Positions 32,057 to 46,479 of a DNA stretch of 64,000 bases are shown piece after piece. Positions within the stretch are counted from its first letter, which is position 1. Every line of letters starts with the position of its first letter. Made by a program: the position numbers and the translations under genes. The DNA is from Eledone cirrhosa. Lineage: Eukaryota. The notes beneath the pieces are model-generated. The model did not search any database. It saw nothing but the letters and a program-made list of their open reading frames with translations, and was not told the origin of the DNA. Location: NCBI GenBank assembly GCA_964016885.1, contig CAXHJY010000252.1, positions 62,001 through 126,000 on the forward strand, given 5' to 3'.

Positions 32057-33499
32057 TTTACAGAGCAGTTATATGAAATATACCTCAACGGTGGTTTGTA
32101 CCGCGATGATGCACTTCTACTTATAGAATATAAAAAATTTAATATAGAAAGAACTAGAAAACAACTGCATAAGACATTCAAAAACTTTAACCTTAGTATC
32201 ACCATGGACAAAAACACTAAAAATGTTAACTTCCTAGACGCCACACTATACCTAGACTCAAAAATATATACACCTTTCCATAAGCCTAATGAGAAACTTA
32301 TTTACGTAGATACCAAGTCTAATCACCCTAGATCAATATTAAACTCTATCTCTAACGAGGTGTCCAATAGAATCTCTAGTCTGTCCTATGACGCAAACAT
32401 ATTTAGCAAAAACTCACAATATTACAATCAAGCATTAGCTAGCTCCGGCCATAATATAGAAATTGAGTTCCTACCTAAGAAAACACATAGCTACAACATC
32501 ATCTCGCACAACATGTCCATGAGGAAATCTAATAATAGGAATAGCAACCACAAGTACACCAAAGCGGAGGGTGCCACCGGAAGTAACCATTACCATGGAA
32601 ACTACTGTGGGGCCTTAGGAGGAAGCAACACACCAAACACTAAAAGCAAAAATAGAAGAAGAAATAATACATTTTTCAACCCTCCTTTCAACCTAAATGT
32701 CTCCACCAACATACCTAGGGCTTTCTTCTCACTACTAGATAAAAACTTCCCTCTAGGACACAAGTACCACAACCTCTTAAACAAAAACACCATTAAAATC
32801 TCATACTCTACGACGCCTAACTTAGCATACCACATAGCTAGCAGCAATAATAGTAAAATTAGTTCTTACTTCCAACAAACAAAATCACAACGGGATGCAA
32901 ACCCTCTAAATACCACTGTAGCAAGCAACCATAGCAACGGCAGTAACAATAGAAATAACACTAGTATAAGTAATAACACCAGGGTTGTCAACCCGAACAC
33001 CCAAAATCCTATATCCACCACACAGACTTCCGCATTGCATTATAACCAGCGGACTAACGCACAGGATAATTGTAACTGTAGAGCTAATAGAACCTGCCCT
33101 TTAGATAAAAAATGCCTAACCAAGGATGTCATATACTCATGCACCGTCACGACTAATAACTGTTCAGAAACCTATGTAGGCTCCACTTCTAACTGCTTCA
33201 AAATCAGATATAACTCGCACATCCACTCGTTCAAAAAGCACAGCCTAGCCAACTCCACCTCACTTTCTAGCTACATACACTATCTAAAATCTAAAAATAA
33301 ACCATACACACTCAAATGGGAAGTGATAGGCAGCGCGACCTCGTACAAACCACCTAATAAATTCTGTAACCTCTGTATACTAGAGACACACAATATTATC
33401 TTCTCCAACCGTAACCTACTTAACAAAAAATCTGAGGTGTTTGCAACTTGCCAGCACCGCCTCAGACATTCCTTCCAAAACTTTAAGCCCTATATATAG
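32057..33499 (+). CDS. 5'-truncated PLE ORF (RT C-half + GIY-YIG), Naiad-like
   Basis: GLYRDD, NFLD, HKP..YV..SNHP, CNCR..CPL..C, VIY..YVG..F..RY..H and CNLC..E..LLNKKSE..CQH motifs. Clade assignment is from motif recall. Confidence 0.85.
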   Translation, partial: FTEQLYEIYLNGGLYRDDALLLIEYKKFNIERTRKQLHKTFKNFNLSITMDKNTKNVNFLDATLYLDSKIYTPFHKPNEKLIYVDTKSNHPRSILNSISNEVSNRISSLSYDANIFSKNSQYYNQALASSGHNIEIEFLPKKTHSYNIISHNMSMRKSNNRNSNHKYTKAEGATGSNHYHGNYCGALGGSNTPNTKSKNRRRNNTFFNPPFNLNVSTNIPRAFFSLLDKNFPLGHKYHNLLNKNTIKISYSTTPNLAYHIASSNNSKISSYFQQTKSQRDANPLNTTVASNHSNGSNNRNNTSISNNTRVVNPNTQNPISTTQTSALHYNQRTNAQDNCNCRANRTCPLDKKCLTKDVIYSCTVTTNNCSETYVGSTSNCFKIRYNSHIHSFKKHSLANSTSLSSYIHYLKSKNKPYTLKWEVIGSATSYKPPNKFCNLCILETHNIIFSNRNLLNKKSEVFATCQHRLRHSFQNFKPYI

Positions 33500-34943
33500 C
33501 ATTGTCGGACTGGAACCTAACACCACATCTAGCATCAAACACCAGAGACACACCCTATACGACATACCCAACACTAGCTGATCCATTATAACAAACAACG
33601 ACATCCCTCTGGAACCCTTCGCAGGGAAAATACCCATTTATACCTCTACGGCAGGTGTGACAACATCCACCCACTTGAACGGCACTACACCGCTCTAAGG
33701 GTAATTTGAGCATGAATTGATCGGTTGGATAGTGTTGGGCAGAGGAAACACCTTCCTTAGACAGATGTAAAATGATTTAATCGAGTAGCGCTGTTGACTA
33801 GTAGGACCGGGCTGCTGAGCGCAGTGAGTGAATGCATTGCAACTGCCGTGCGGGTTGTACGTATATGGATGATCTGACGGTCAGAGAGGGGGTCGCGAGG
33901 ACTGCGGATTGACCTTTGGCCGGCCTGGGGATGATTATCTTTCGACATCCAATGTAGCAAGCGATGACCCAGATCTTACCAGAGATCATTGGGTCCTGAA
34001 GCAATCCTGCAATCACCGCGCCTGGTCATATGAGCAGACTACAACCACAGAGATCATTAATTTAGAATCCTCGCTCTTCATCTATAATTTCCATTTGTAG
34101 CACCTTAAGATGGGTTAATCCACCATAATAATATGATCACCTTCAGCATAACTTAGTTAAACTACTCTATAGTTAATACACTTTATGCTTTAAAAGTCTC
34201 TCTTGGAAGATGCGCATCACCATAGAATTTAGGGTCTATATTGGGACACATTTTAATGGCTAGATATAGAAACCCCAGAGTTACCTCCCCGCATGCATTA
34301 ACTCCCCTTAGCCACACACACACTTCCGGGCGGTATTCAATGGCGTTTCTCGAAACGTAACAACCTCCTGTATCGAACTAAAGAAACACCAGACTACGAT
34401 CTCTAACTGGATTGTCGTGGATTATGTGAAGGGCATATAATCGAAATATACACTCCCCTGACCATGAAAATGCCGAAGTACATGAAATACTTGACATCCC
34501 TGCGCTGTGCATCTCCAATACTTATAACACTTTTAATGCTTGCACTATCTTTAATGCTTATAATATTTCTCCACACACAGACTATATCAATCATATAAAG
34601 AATTTGCCACCAGATCTACCAACCTAACACTCTTATTTACCTACCTAAGTGCCTCTACCACACATATCTCTCTGCCACACTATATAAACAAGACGCACAT
34701 GCGTGCCACACATATAACATTTGCACTATATAACCACTTATCTTCATGTTGTACTTTAACCTATATCTTTGATTTTTGATTGTACCTATTAATATAAATG
34801 TAATCTCGAAGTGTGTACTGCCACTCTAAATTCTGTAATGAATGTTGACCCACAATGTTTGAATATGTATCAATGTTTGAATATGTATTGGTATGTCTCT
34901 CGGCTGAAAAGGAGGTCATATAACTGTCCATGCATTAATAAAT

Positions 34944-34990
34944 TGTTCCGAAGAACCCAAACCTCGGTTTGGAGGAAACAGCTGTAAGCA
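34944..34990 (+). ncRNA. Degenerate hammerhead at the end of the probable 1.5-kb 3' UTR of the Naiad-like element
   Basis: tgtt-CCGAAGA(U4>C)-acCCAAACC-tc-GGTTTGGag-GAAA-CAGCTG-TA-agca. Confidence 0.5.
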
Positions 34991-35021
34991 CAATAATGTT
35001 TTGAACAGTTCTTTGATTCTT

Positions 35022-35081
<60 letters not shown>

Positions 35082-35093
35082 CAGGCTGAAAAA

Positions 35094-35152
<59 letters not shown>

Positions 35153-35629
35153 GTGTGTGTTGTTATATATACACCCTCACACTATATATATACACACACT
35201 CCCTAAAACCATATTCCAATAATAGAATTTATTTTACAATCCTACTGCTGCCATAGAATTGGCCCTAACTAACGATCCCCCATCCACTTTTCAACTCTCG
35301 ACCAGTCAATTAACACAATCAGATATACACACACGTATTTACAGGATGTATCCTTTGCCCCCCTCCCCCCCACACACACTTTTTTCTGTGAAGAAACACA
35401 ACCACCAAAACACTACTGTTACTATATTCACTACCACCTCTCTCTATTAACAAGAACTGATTCTCCAGCCCACTTTTGAGCAAGAAAGATGAGAATAAAA
35501 CTTACTCCAACATTTAATCTTAGTTTTAAATCTTTAATTTTTAGTTTTTAACCCCAATTAATTCTTTTTTTTTTTTATTTCAATACTCAACATTTGATAA
35601 GATGAATTTTAATAATACACCGAAACCGG

Positions 35630-35866
35630 TAATACTTTATATACTTTATATACATTATATACTTTATATACATTATATACTTTATATACTTTATATACTT
35701 TATATACATTATATACTTTATATAATTTATATACATTATATACTTTATATACATTATATACTTTATATACATTATATACATTATATACTTTATATACATT
35801 ATATAATTTATATACATTATATACTTTATATACTTTATATACTTTATATACATTATATACATTATA
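35630..35866. repeat. 9/18-bp AT-rich minisatellite
   Basis: tatacttta / tatacatta units. Confidence 0.85.
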
Positions 35867-36030
35867 AAACTTTTTTAATAAAGAATTGTCCCTCTCATTT
35901 TTTCAATAATATTATCTTTTCAATAATGTCACTTTGACGAATCAAAGAAAGGATAAAAAAAAGAAAAACAGACCCTAAAATATATTTTCCATGTTATGTC
36001 CCAACTTCACCTTTTCTCTATAATATTATA

Positions 36031-37225
36031 CTAACTGACGTACCCAGCTTCGCCGGGGTAAACAGATGATAAGAGAAAATGACAGTATTAGATGTTTGTC
36101 TGGTTACAGTATGAGGCGAGTCCGTGGTGTCTGTGTGATACAAAAAAACAGTAAAAAAAATCTTCCAGATATACCAAATTCTTCGTTGTAGTGTTTGTGC
36201 ATAGTATATGAACAATTCTAGGTGCTCCCACCTAGAATAGTGACCTCTAGGAGATGGTTCATCTTCTGCCTGTCTGTAAATCGTATATCATTGCATAGAC
36301 GTGGTTGTTCCACGTTTCTCAAAAGGATGATGGAAGTTCCAATCTTTTATATTATATGTAGATATAGATATAGATAATTAATATAAAAGATGATGCTCAG
36401 CCAGTTCGTCTTCAACCATCACAGCACGCCGTCGCTGCTTGGCTCCAGTGTTTCATTGGCGTTGTTCAGCCAGCTCCTCTTCATTCATGGCGGCACGTCT
36501 TCGCCTCTGAAGTTCGGCGTTCCGATGGCTTTTCGGCCCGTTTTTCTTCATTCCTGGCTGCACGCCGTCACCGCTGTAGTTCACTGTTTGATAAAGTCGA
36601 ATTGCTTTTATTATCAGTATTCATTTCGAGCAATTGTCAAAAAATGACACAATAATAAATATAAAAGATGTCCGTCAATGTAAAAAAAAGGTCCCTATTT
36701 ACTCCCTTCACAACTCTGTGTATGTTAGACTGACAGACAGGCACACAGACACACAGACAGATAAACTGCATGGCGATTGTGGAACGCCGCACCTACACAC
36801 ACATACACGCATGGAAACGCGCACACGCACGCAAATTTACACACGCACCCGTGCACTTACACACACGCACACACTCACACATTTTGATAGTTTTTACTTT
36901 CTGTGGAACGCTGCACCGACGCGTACATACATAAACATACACGCACACATGTTAATAGTTATTGCTTTCCTTCCCCTCTTATTCCCGCACGCATCACACA
37001 CACACACATGTCTCTACACTGACACATATACATAGTGTATCCAACACAGCGTTCACTTTGCCTCTCTGTTTCTTACCCTCCCCTCTCACTCCCTCATTGG
37101 CATTATGCATATTAATTTAAGTTTGGCGTCGTTGAGGTGGTCGAAGTCGTTTGAAACCTATGAACCAATGATAATCGAGAATTATGACACACGGAATACT
37201 GACATTGTTGAAATTAATATATAGA
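36031..37225 (-). mobile_element. Degenerate, possibly composite Helitron relic
   Basis: Minus-strand TCTATATA start at 37225 (a second TC-type start near 36362). 3' hairpin ccc.gcttcgc.ggg and TTAG end at 36031. Decayed 23-aa Arg/Glu repeat coding at 36390-36525. Confidence 0.55.
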
Positions 37226-37261
37226 TATATACATATATAATATTATATATATATAATAATA

Positions 37262-37344
<83 letters not shown>

Positions 37345-37528
37345 ATTATCGAGAATCGGAACCTCGGCCCACGAAATAACGAAACACAATCTTCGAAATG
37401 TGTGGCAAAGTGGTCAATAGTTTGGATAAACCAATATATATAAATATATATATAATATTATATATATATATATATAGCTGTCGAAACAGCCGGAGCTCAG
37501 CCGTCGGGGTCCTGACTCTTTTCCTATA

Positions 37529-37615
<87 letters not shown>

Positions 37616-37825
37616 CGAAGGAAATGTGGTAAGGTACCAGGTGGACCATAACGCACCAAAGTACTCAATACTTAGGGTAGTAGAGTGGGTAATAGGAACA
37701 AGTAAGACCCCGACGGCTGAGCTCAAGCCGTTTCGACGGCTAATTCTGGACTCAATTAGCCGTCGAAACGGCTTGAGCTCAGCCGTCGGGGTCTTACTTG
37801 TTCCTATATATATATATATATATAT

Positions 37826-37895
<70 letters not shown>

Positions 37896-38147
37896 AATAC
37901 CACAGATCAATCAGTCAATAGAGTGACGAAGTATCCACCAAAACGAGGTTATTGTCTCCAGCTATGAGTCGTCTGCCGCCTGTGTTAGATTCCGCCATTT
38001 TAAAGTTTCCTTATTCAACAAATTCCTGGCTTTGTTCACTGAAATATTTCATTAGCTTTACACAAACATTATTGTTTCTCTCATTATCTCTTTTTCTCTT
38101 GATCTCTGTATATACATGTACATATATACATACATATATATATATAT

Positions 38148-38306
<159 letters not shown>

Positions 38307-38651
38307 CATATATATATATACATATATATACACATATATACATACATACATATATACATACATATATACATATATACATACATATATACATACACATATA
38401 CATACACATATACATACATATATACATACATATATACATAAATATATACATATATACATACGAACGGACATTACATATACATATGTATATACATACATAC
38501 GGACATTACATACATACACACATACATACATATATACATGCATACATGCTTATATATATATGCATACATACATAAATACATATCAAAGTATACAACTTTA
38601 TATATATATATATACATATATATACATATATACATATGTACATGTATATAC

Positions 38652-38717
<66 letters not shown>

Positions 38718-38798
38718 GTATGTGTGTGTGTGTCTGTGTGTGTTCTGCGTGTATGTATGCATAAGTATATATGTGTGCATGTGTGTATGTGTGTGTAT

Positions 38799-38839
<41 letters not shown>

Positions 38840-39052
38840 TGTAAATCTATCTCCCTAATTATGTGTGTATTATCTCTGTACTGTGTCCGTCTCTGTTATT
38901 CGGAAATTCAGTCAAGTCTATTATTCAATACACACACACATATATATATATATACACATATATATATATACACATGTATATATATATATATATATATATA
39001 CACATGTATATATATATATTTTTTTGTGTGTGTATATATATATATATATATT

Positions 39053-39121
<69 letters not shown>

Positions 39122-39126
39122 ATATG

Positions 39127-39179
<53 letters not shown>

Positions 39180-39287
39180 TTGTATATATGTATATATATA
39201 TATACATGTATATATATATACATATATATACATGTATATATATATATCTATATATATATATATACTTGTATATATGTATATATATAT

Positions 39288-39365
<78 letters not shown>

Positions 39366-39436
39366 TTGTATATATGTATATATATATATACATGTATATA
39401 TATATATATATACATCTATATATATATATATACATG

Positions 39437-39471
<35 letters not shown>

Positions 39472-39478
39472 TTGTGAT

Positions 39479-39564
<86 letters not shown>

Positions 39565-39676
39565 CTATGTATTCAATAGCAATGATTGGGTTATTGAGGG
39601 GTCTCACTGCGCAAGCGTGGAATTAATCAAACCTTGTTTTATATTGTTCACTTGCCAAATGTGCTGCGGTGCACGC

Positions 39677-40400
39677 CCCCATCACCACCACCACCCCCAT
39701 CACCTCGACCATCACCACAACCACCGCCACCATCACCATCACCATCACCATCACCACAACCACCACTACCATCACCACAACCACCACTACCATCACCACC
39801 ACAACAACTACGCCACCACCACCACCACCACCACTACCACCACCACCACCACCACCACAACAACTACACCACAGCCACCACCACCACCACCACCATCACA
39901 TCCACCACCTCCACCACCATCACCACCACCTCCACCACCACCACCACCACCACCACCACCACCACCACCACCACCACCACCACCACCACCACCACTACCA
40001 CCACCACCACCACCACCACCACCACCACCACCACCACCACTACCACCACCACCACCACTACCACCACCACCATCACCACCATCACCACCACCTCCACCAC
40101 CACCACCACCACCACCACCACCTCCACCACCACCGCCACCACCATCACCACCACCACCACTACCACCACCACCACCACCACCACCACCACCACCACCACC
40201 ACCACCACCACCACCACCACCACCATCACCTCCACCACCACCACCACCACCACCACCACCACCACCACCACCACCACCATCACCTCCACCACCACCACCA
40301 CCACCACCACCACCGCCACCACCATCACCACCACCACCACCACCACCACCACCACCACCGCCACCACCATCACCACCGCCGCCACCATCACCTCCACCAC
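39677..40400. repeat. (CAC)n trinucleotide tract ~720 bp
   Basis: Read directly. Confidence 0.95.
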
Positions 40401-40844
40401 TAGTAGTTCTGGTGGTGTTTCTGTTGTGGTTAGATATGTGTGTGCTGGTATGTTTGTTATTGTATGTCGGGATGTGGATGTTCTGAATTATACACTGCGC
40501 ATGTGCATATGCTTTGTATCTGTACATGTGTACATGCAGTCATTAGATAGATAGAAGTATGTATGTATGTATGTATCTATGTATGTGTATATGTATATAT
40601 ATATAGTTGTAATAAAATGAAAAGGAAATTTCATTTCTCACTCTTAGTGATGATAGCTAACAAGCTTGAAACTAGTACATCGTTCCTGTGTCAGTGTTGA
40701 ACAAAAAGGTGACGTGGTTGCCTTAACACCGTGCGGCATAAATTCAGGCTGTTCAGTTTGTTTACAAACGAACAAAGCGGGCGCTATAATAAGCGTCCGC
40801 TAAACTGATGCGTACATATATGTATGTGTACCTGTATGTATATA

Positions 40845-40908
<64 letters not shown>

Positions 40909-40961
40909 TGCTACTGTACGTCTGTATACATATATGTATGTACGTATACATACATACTTAC

Positions 40962-41032
<71 letters not shown>

Positions 41033-41274
41033 AATTGAAATACTAGAGTGTGTTGGAGTTAAACACACTCTTCATATTATAGAAATGACAGTATAGGATA
41101 TAGCTCAATGTAATTAAACAGAGCCGAAGAATCATAAAAAATAAACCAAAGAAGCCTTCAATACATCAAAAGTCTTTATTAGCCAATATCTTTATATATA
41201 TATATCTTTATACATATATAAATATATACATTATATATATATATATATATCTTTATATATATATCTCTTTATAC

Positions 41275-41349
<75 letters not shown>

Positions 41350-41381
41350 TATGTATATCTTTATATATATATATATGTGTG

Positions 41382-41413
<32 letters not shown>

Positions 41414-42199
41414 TACTTTGGGAGGGTCATGTTGCGAATAAGAAACACACGCACCAGTAGCTTTCACTCCAATTTATTATAAATTAAATTTATAAATTTA
41501 AGAGATTTGTAAATTTCCGCTTGATTGGTTGGTTCCACAACCGGACGGTTGTTCATACATTGTCAAAGTTCTTTCGTCACACATTCTATGACCTCTTCAC
41601 TGACTGGGGATTCTTTTCTTGTTTTGTGCCTCTCCTTCGTTCTGTCCTACGCCATCTTGTTTTTGTGTGTGTTGTGTGCTTATTTTGCGTGTGTGTTACA
41701 TCCGGGTGTCTGTGTGTGTTTTTATTTGTTTATTTACATGTTACTGGTTGGTTGTTTGTTCTATGCGTGTGTGTGTTTTCATTTTGTCCTTAATTGTTAC
41801 GTTTTTGACGTTGCTATTCAATTCATGTTTCCTATTTAATTTTGGTTGGAGTTCCTTTATGTTTATTGCCTCTGTGATCTGTCTAAACATTGCGTCTTTT
41901 CTGTGTGTAGATTTTATTTTTATTTCTATGTTCTCTAATTTGCCCTTGTGTTCTATTTTAGCATGTTGGTGGAGTATTGATGATTCTTTTCTATCTTGAA
42001 GTTCGCGCCAGTGTTCATTTATCCGTTCTCCTATACTACGAGCTGTCTCACCTATGTACACTATATTCTTATCTTTACATTGTCCTTCAGTACATCTTAT
42101 GCTATATACTATATTTCTAGTTTTACAGTTAATATGGGGGCTTAGTTTACAGATTATGCATTTCTTATCTATACAGGGAGGTCTTTGAAAAGGGTATGT
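41414..42199 (-). mobile_element. 3' fragment of PLE family B: GIY-YIG domain (41741-42199), 3' UTR and mutated HHR (41562-41604)
   Basis: [38 protein letters not shown], paralogous to the 46480-50109 ORF. The HHR core reads GTGAAGA. Confidence 0.9.
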
Positions 42200-42415
42200 A
42201 TTACTATCGTATATGTAACACTATCGACTTGCCTTCTGTCCAGTTGTTAGGGCCAGTAGTATTGACCTTAAAGAACCGAAACAACATATCTCCAGCGGCC
42301 ATATCCATGTTTTTATTTCATATATATATATATTATATGTGTGTGCGTTGTGGGGGTGGGTGGGTGTATATACTATATATATATACATACATATACATAT
42401 GTATATATTTATATA

Positions 42416-42456
<41 letters not shown>

Positions 42457-42501
42457 TATACATATATATATATATATATAAATTATATGTACATATATAT
42501 A

Positions 42502-42563
<62 letters not shown>

Positions 42564-42618
42564 GTACATATAATTTAGATAAATATAAATACATATATAT
42601 GTATATGTATATATATAC

Positions 42619-42653
<35 letters not shown>

Positions 42654-42766
42654 TACATATATATAAACACACACACACGCATATAGGTATATGTGTGTGT
42701 ATTTATGTGTATTAATTGTGTGTATGTATGTACATAATATATGTTCATGTGCAGTCCTATACTGGG

Positions 42767-42854
<88 letters not shown>

Positions 42855-43039
42855 TGTGTGTGTGGTCGAGGTGGATCAGGAAGAAATTAGTTTCGTGATA
42901 AGAATATCTTCTATAGAAAGAATTAAATTAATATATATCTCATATTTATATATTTTGTTTCTTTTATATTCAGTTATTTATTTCGTTTGTTTGTGCTGTT
43001 GTTGTAAACGTAGGAACGAGAATAGCTGCAGCTGGTGTT

Positions 43040-43111
43040 AACAACAGTAGCAGCAGCAGCAGCGGAAGCAACAACACCAGTAACAACAACAACAGCAACA
43101 ACAACAGTAGT

Positions 43112-43150
<39 letters not shown>

Positions 43151-43332
43151 AACAGTAACAAAAACAGTAATAACAACAACAGCAACAATAACAACAGCAA
43201 CAATAACAGTAACAAAAACAGCAATAACAACAACAGCAACAATAACAACAACAACTATTGCAACTGCAAGAAAACAATAACAAAAGCAATAACAAGAAAA
43301 CAACAACAACAACAGCAGCAGCAGCAGCAACA
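43040..43332. repeat. (AAC/AGC/AAT)n tract
   Basis: Read directly. Confidence 0.9.
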
Positions 43333-43337
43333 ATTCT

Positions 43338-44040
43338 TTGCGTTGTGTTCTTGAACAAGAAACTTTATTTCACGTTGCTCCAGTTCACTCAGCTGCAGAA
43401 ATGAGTTGTGACGTCACTGGTGCCAAGCTGTATCAGCCATTGCCTTTCCCTTGGACAACATCATATACAGTGTCTATATAATGTATAAGAATTGTTTCTA
43501 TTTTTGGCACAAGGCCAGCAATTACCCAGTGCATTACTGGTACTTTATTTTATCGACCCCGTAAGGATGAAAGGCAAAGTTAACCTCGGCGGGATTTGAA
43601 CTCAGATCATAAAGGGACGTAACTCTTTGCTGCAAAGCATGGCGTCCGACCCTATAATAATGTATATATAATATATATATAATATATATATATATATAAT
43701 GTATGTATATGTTGTGACGTCACTGGTGCCAAGCTGTATCGGCCATTGTCTTTCCCTTGGATAACATCATATATATAGTGTGTATATAATGTATAATAAT
43801 ATATATATATATATAGTGTATATATAATGTATGTATATGTTGTGACGTCACTGGTGTCAAGCTGTATCGGCCATTATCCTTCCCTTGGACAACATTGGTG
43901 GTGTGGAGAGGTGAGACTGGTATTCATGGGTGACTGGTGGCTGGTCTTTCACAAACAAACCTTGACCAGGCTTGTACCTCGGAGGGGAGCTTTCTAGGTG
44001 CAAACCGCACGGTCATTTGTGACCGAAGTGGGTATTTATC
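43338..44040 (+). mobile_element. SINE family 2 body with a triplicated ~57-bp internal segment and a nested family 1 SINE
   Basis: gttgtgacgtcactggtgccaagctgtatc.. at 43405, 43711 and 43838. Confidence 0.65.
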
Positions 44041-44157
44041 CTTTGTCCATTCTGTACATGAGTATGATAGCGGTGATTTTGGTTATAATAATGATGATAT
44101 CAGATATATATCTCTTAGGCTCCAGATACATGTCCTAGAAGCTATCTATCTATCTAT

Positions 44158-44505
44158 CTTTTTTCAAATACCACTTTGGAAGAAGAATCAGGATGAAGAG
44201 AGAGGTGCTGTACCCCAGCAAGTTTTATGAAAGGTGGGTGAAAGTGGCGAGAATATCATCCTGTAGGTTGAGGAAAAGGAGGAGGAGAGGAAAGGAGTAC
44301 AAACTCTTCGTACTCCTGGAGATGAGGTTGCACATTTTTTCGGGGGTATGTGTTACCCATATAAACTGTCTCCCCCTATTGGGGGAAAATCGACTAACTT
44401 TTTAAATTGCATTTGTGATAACATTTTACACGTTTTTATTGTATGTAAACTTCCCCCTTTGTATTTGGCCCCTTCTTTTGTGCCCCTGTGGCTAATAAAG
44501 AAACA

Positions 44506-44570
<65 letters not shown>

Positions 44571-44970
44571 CTCTATCTATCTATCTACCTATCGATCTAT
44601 CTATCAGGGTGGAGAGAGAGGCACTGCACCCCAGTAAATTTACTGAAAGGTGGGTGAATGAAGCGAAAATGGCCCGAGTGATTGGGACTTCTCTGTTTAT
44701 AAGCCTGTAGGCTGAAGAAGAGAGCAAAAGGAAGAAAGGAGCACTTGCACAACACGCTCCTGCAGTTGAGGGTTGTTCTATCGACGGGGTAATAAACAAC
44801 CCATTTGTGGCGCCTCCCCCTTATTGGGGATTTCGATTGTTGTAATTGTTTGTTTTTATATTTTTTACACGACTGTATGTAAAATCCCCGGCATGTCTTT
44901 GTATTGTCCCCTTTTCGTGTGCGCCCTTGTGGCTAATAAAGAAATCTATCTATCTATCTATCTATCTATT
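44158..44970 (+). mobile_element. Two tandem 3' ends of an L1/Tx1-like LINE in (TCTA)n
   Basis: Both encode ..RE.L.PSKF.ERWV.. and end gccc(c/t)tgtggctAATAAAgaaa-(TCTA)n. A third copy lies at 62983-63430 on the minus strand. Confidence 0.65.
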
Positions 44971-45264
44971 TAAATGGGCGCCTGGCACCACGAGTGCCTT
45001 CAGGCGTTCATAGCCCTTTACCAAGCGGAAACGGCAATCAGCGGAGACTCCACTTAGACATTCTATAGGGGATTAGTGGAGGATAAGTGCGACGACGTTC
45101 TCAGGGAAACTCTAGGCATCGAGGAAGACGAACTGACCAGTCTGTTCGGGAAGACTTTCCGTCCAGGGCCTCTGGATAACAGCAGAGCTCAAGCCGTTTC
45201 GACGGCTATTTCAGAAATAGCCGTCGAAAGGGCTTGAGCTCTGCCGTCGGGGTCATACTTTTTC

Positions 45265-45326
<62 letters not shown>

Positions 45327-45609
45327 ACATGTGTATTTGCATGTATGAGTGTGTATGAGTATACTTTCGCGTGTGTCCTCAACAATTAACTGACATTCAT
45401 ACACTGATGTATTGTTATAAGTGGCAGCCATGTTGCTAAACTTTAACCCCTCCAAACACAAAAGAGTGACTCATCATTCAACGTCATTCGCAGCTCCTGT
45501 CTATTTGATTTCACACAATTCTTATATTTAAATCTTCTATTTACCAACTCTGACTTTCTCTAGACTGCTTCCTTCAATTTCCCTGGCATTCTTTCAAATA
45601 AACCCATAT

Positions 45610-45657
<48 letters not shown>

Positions 45658-45669
45658 ATATATATATAT

Positions 45670-45728
<59 letters not shown>

Positions 45729-45767
45729 TATACATATATACATATATACATATATATATATGCATAT

Positions 45768-45813
<46 letters not shown>

Positions 45814-45819
45814 GCATAT

Positions 45820-45961
<142 letters not shown>

Positions 45962-46165
45962 ATATTTGGGGAGGGTCATATTTGCGTAATATTGCCAGAA
46001 TTAATAACAGAACACACTCACTGTTTGGTTGGTTTTCGCTTCTCGCTGTCTTTTATATATATATATCTGCGATCTAGCTTACTCGGTCCTCAATGTTGCC
46101 ATTGACTGACCGGCGGTCAAAAATAATACAGATACAATATAGACAAACACATATATATATAGTTT

Positions 46166-46205
46166 ACATAAATCTTTCGTTGCACATCTGCAACATCGTC
46201 AGTGG
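46166..46205 (-). ncRNA. Hammerhead in PLE UTR, unit 1
   Basis: CTGACGA-t-GTTGCA-gatg-TGCAAC-GAAA-gatt-TA. Stem I is short. Confidence 0.65.
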
Positions 46206-46479
46206 TGTTATATTCATTGTTCCTCCTGTTGTGTTGTATGTCTACGCCATTTTTTTTGTTCAGTCTGTCTATATATTTATTTATTTATTTGCTTGTTTGT
46301 TTATCTTATTTTATTTTGTCTTCTTTGCGCATGCGTTTGCGTGTGTGTATAGTGTTATGTGTGATGTGTGATGTGTGACTAGTGTGTATAGTGTTGTCTG
46401 CTGGGTGACTAGTGTGTGTTTATGTGCTTGTGTATGTATTTATTTATCTTATTTTATTTAATTTAATTTACTTATTTAT

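Noticed and set aside
39617-40554. Poly-Pro/Thr/His/Gly ORFs
   Set aside because: A (CAC)n tract open in several frames, with no evidence of an exon.
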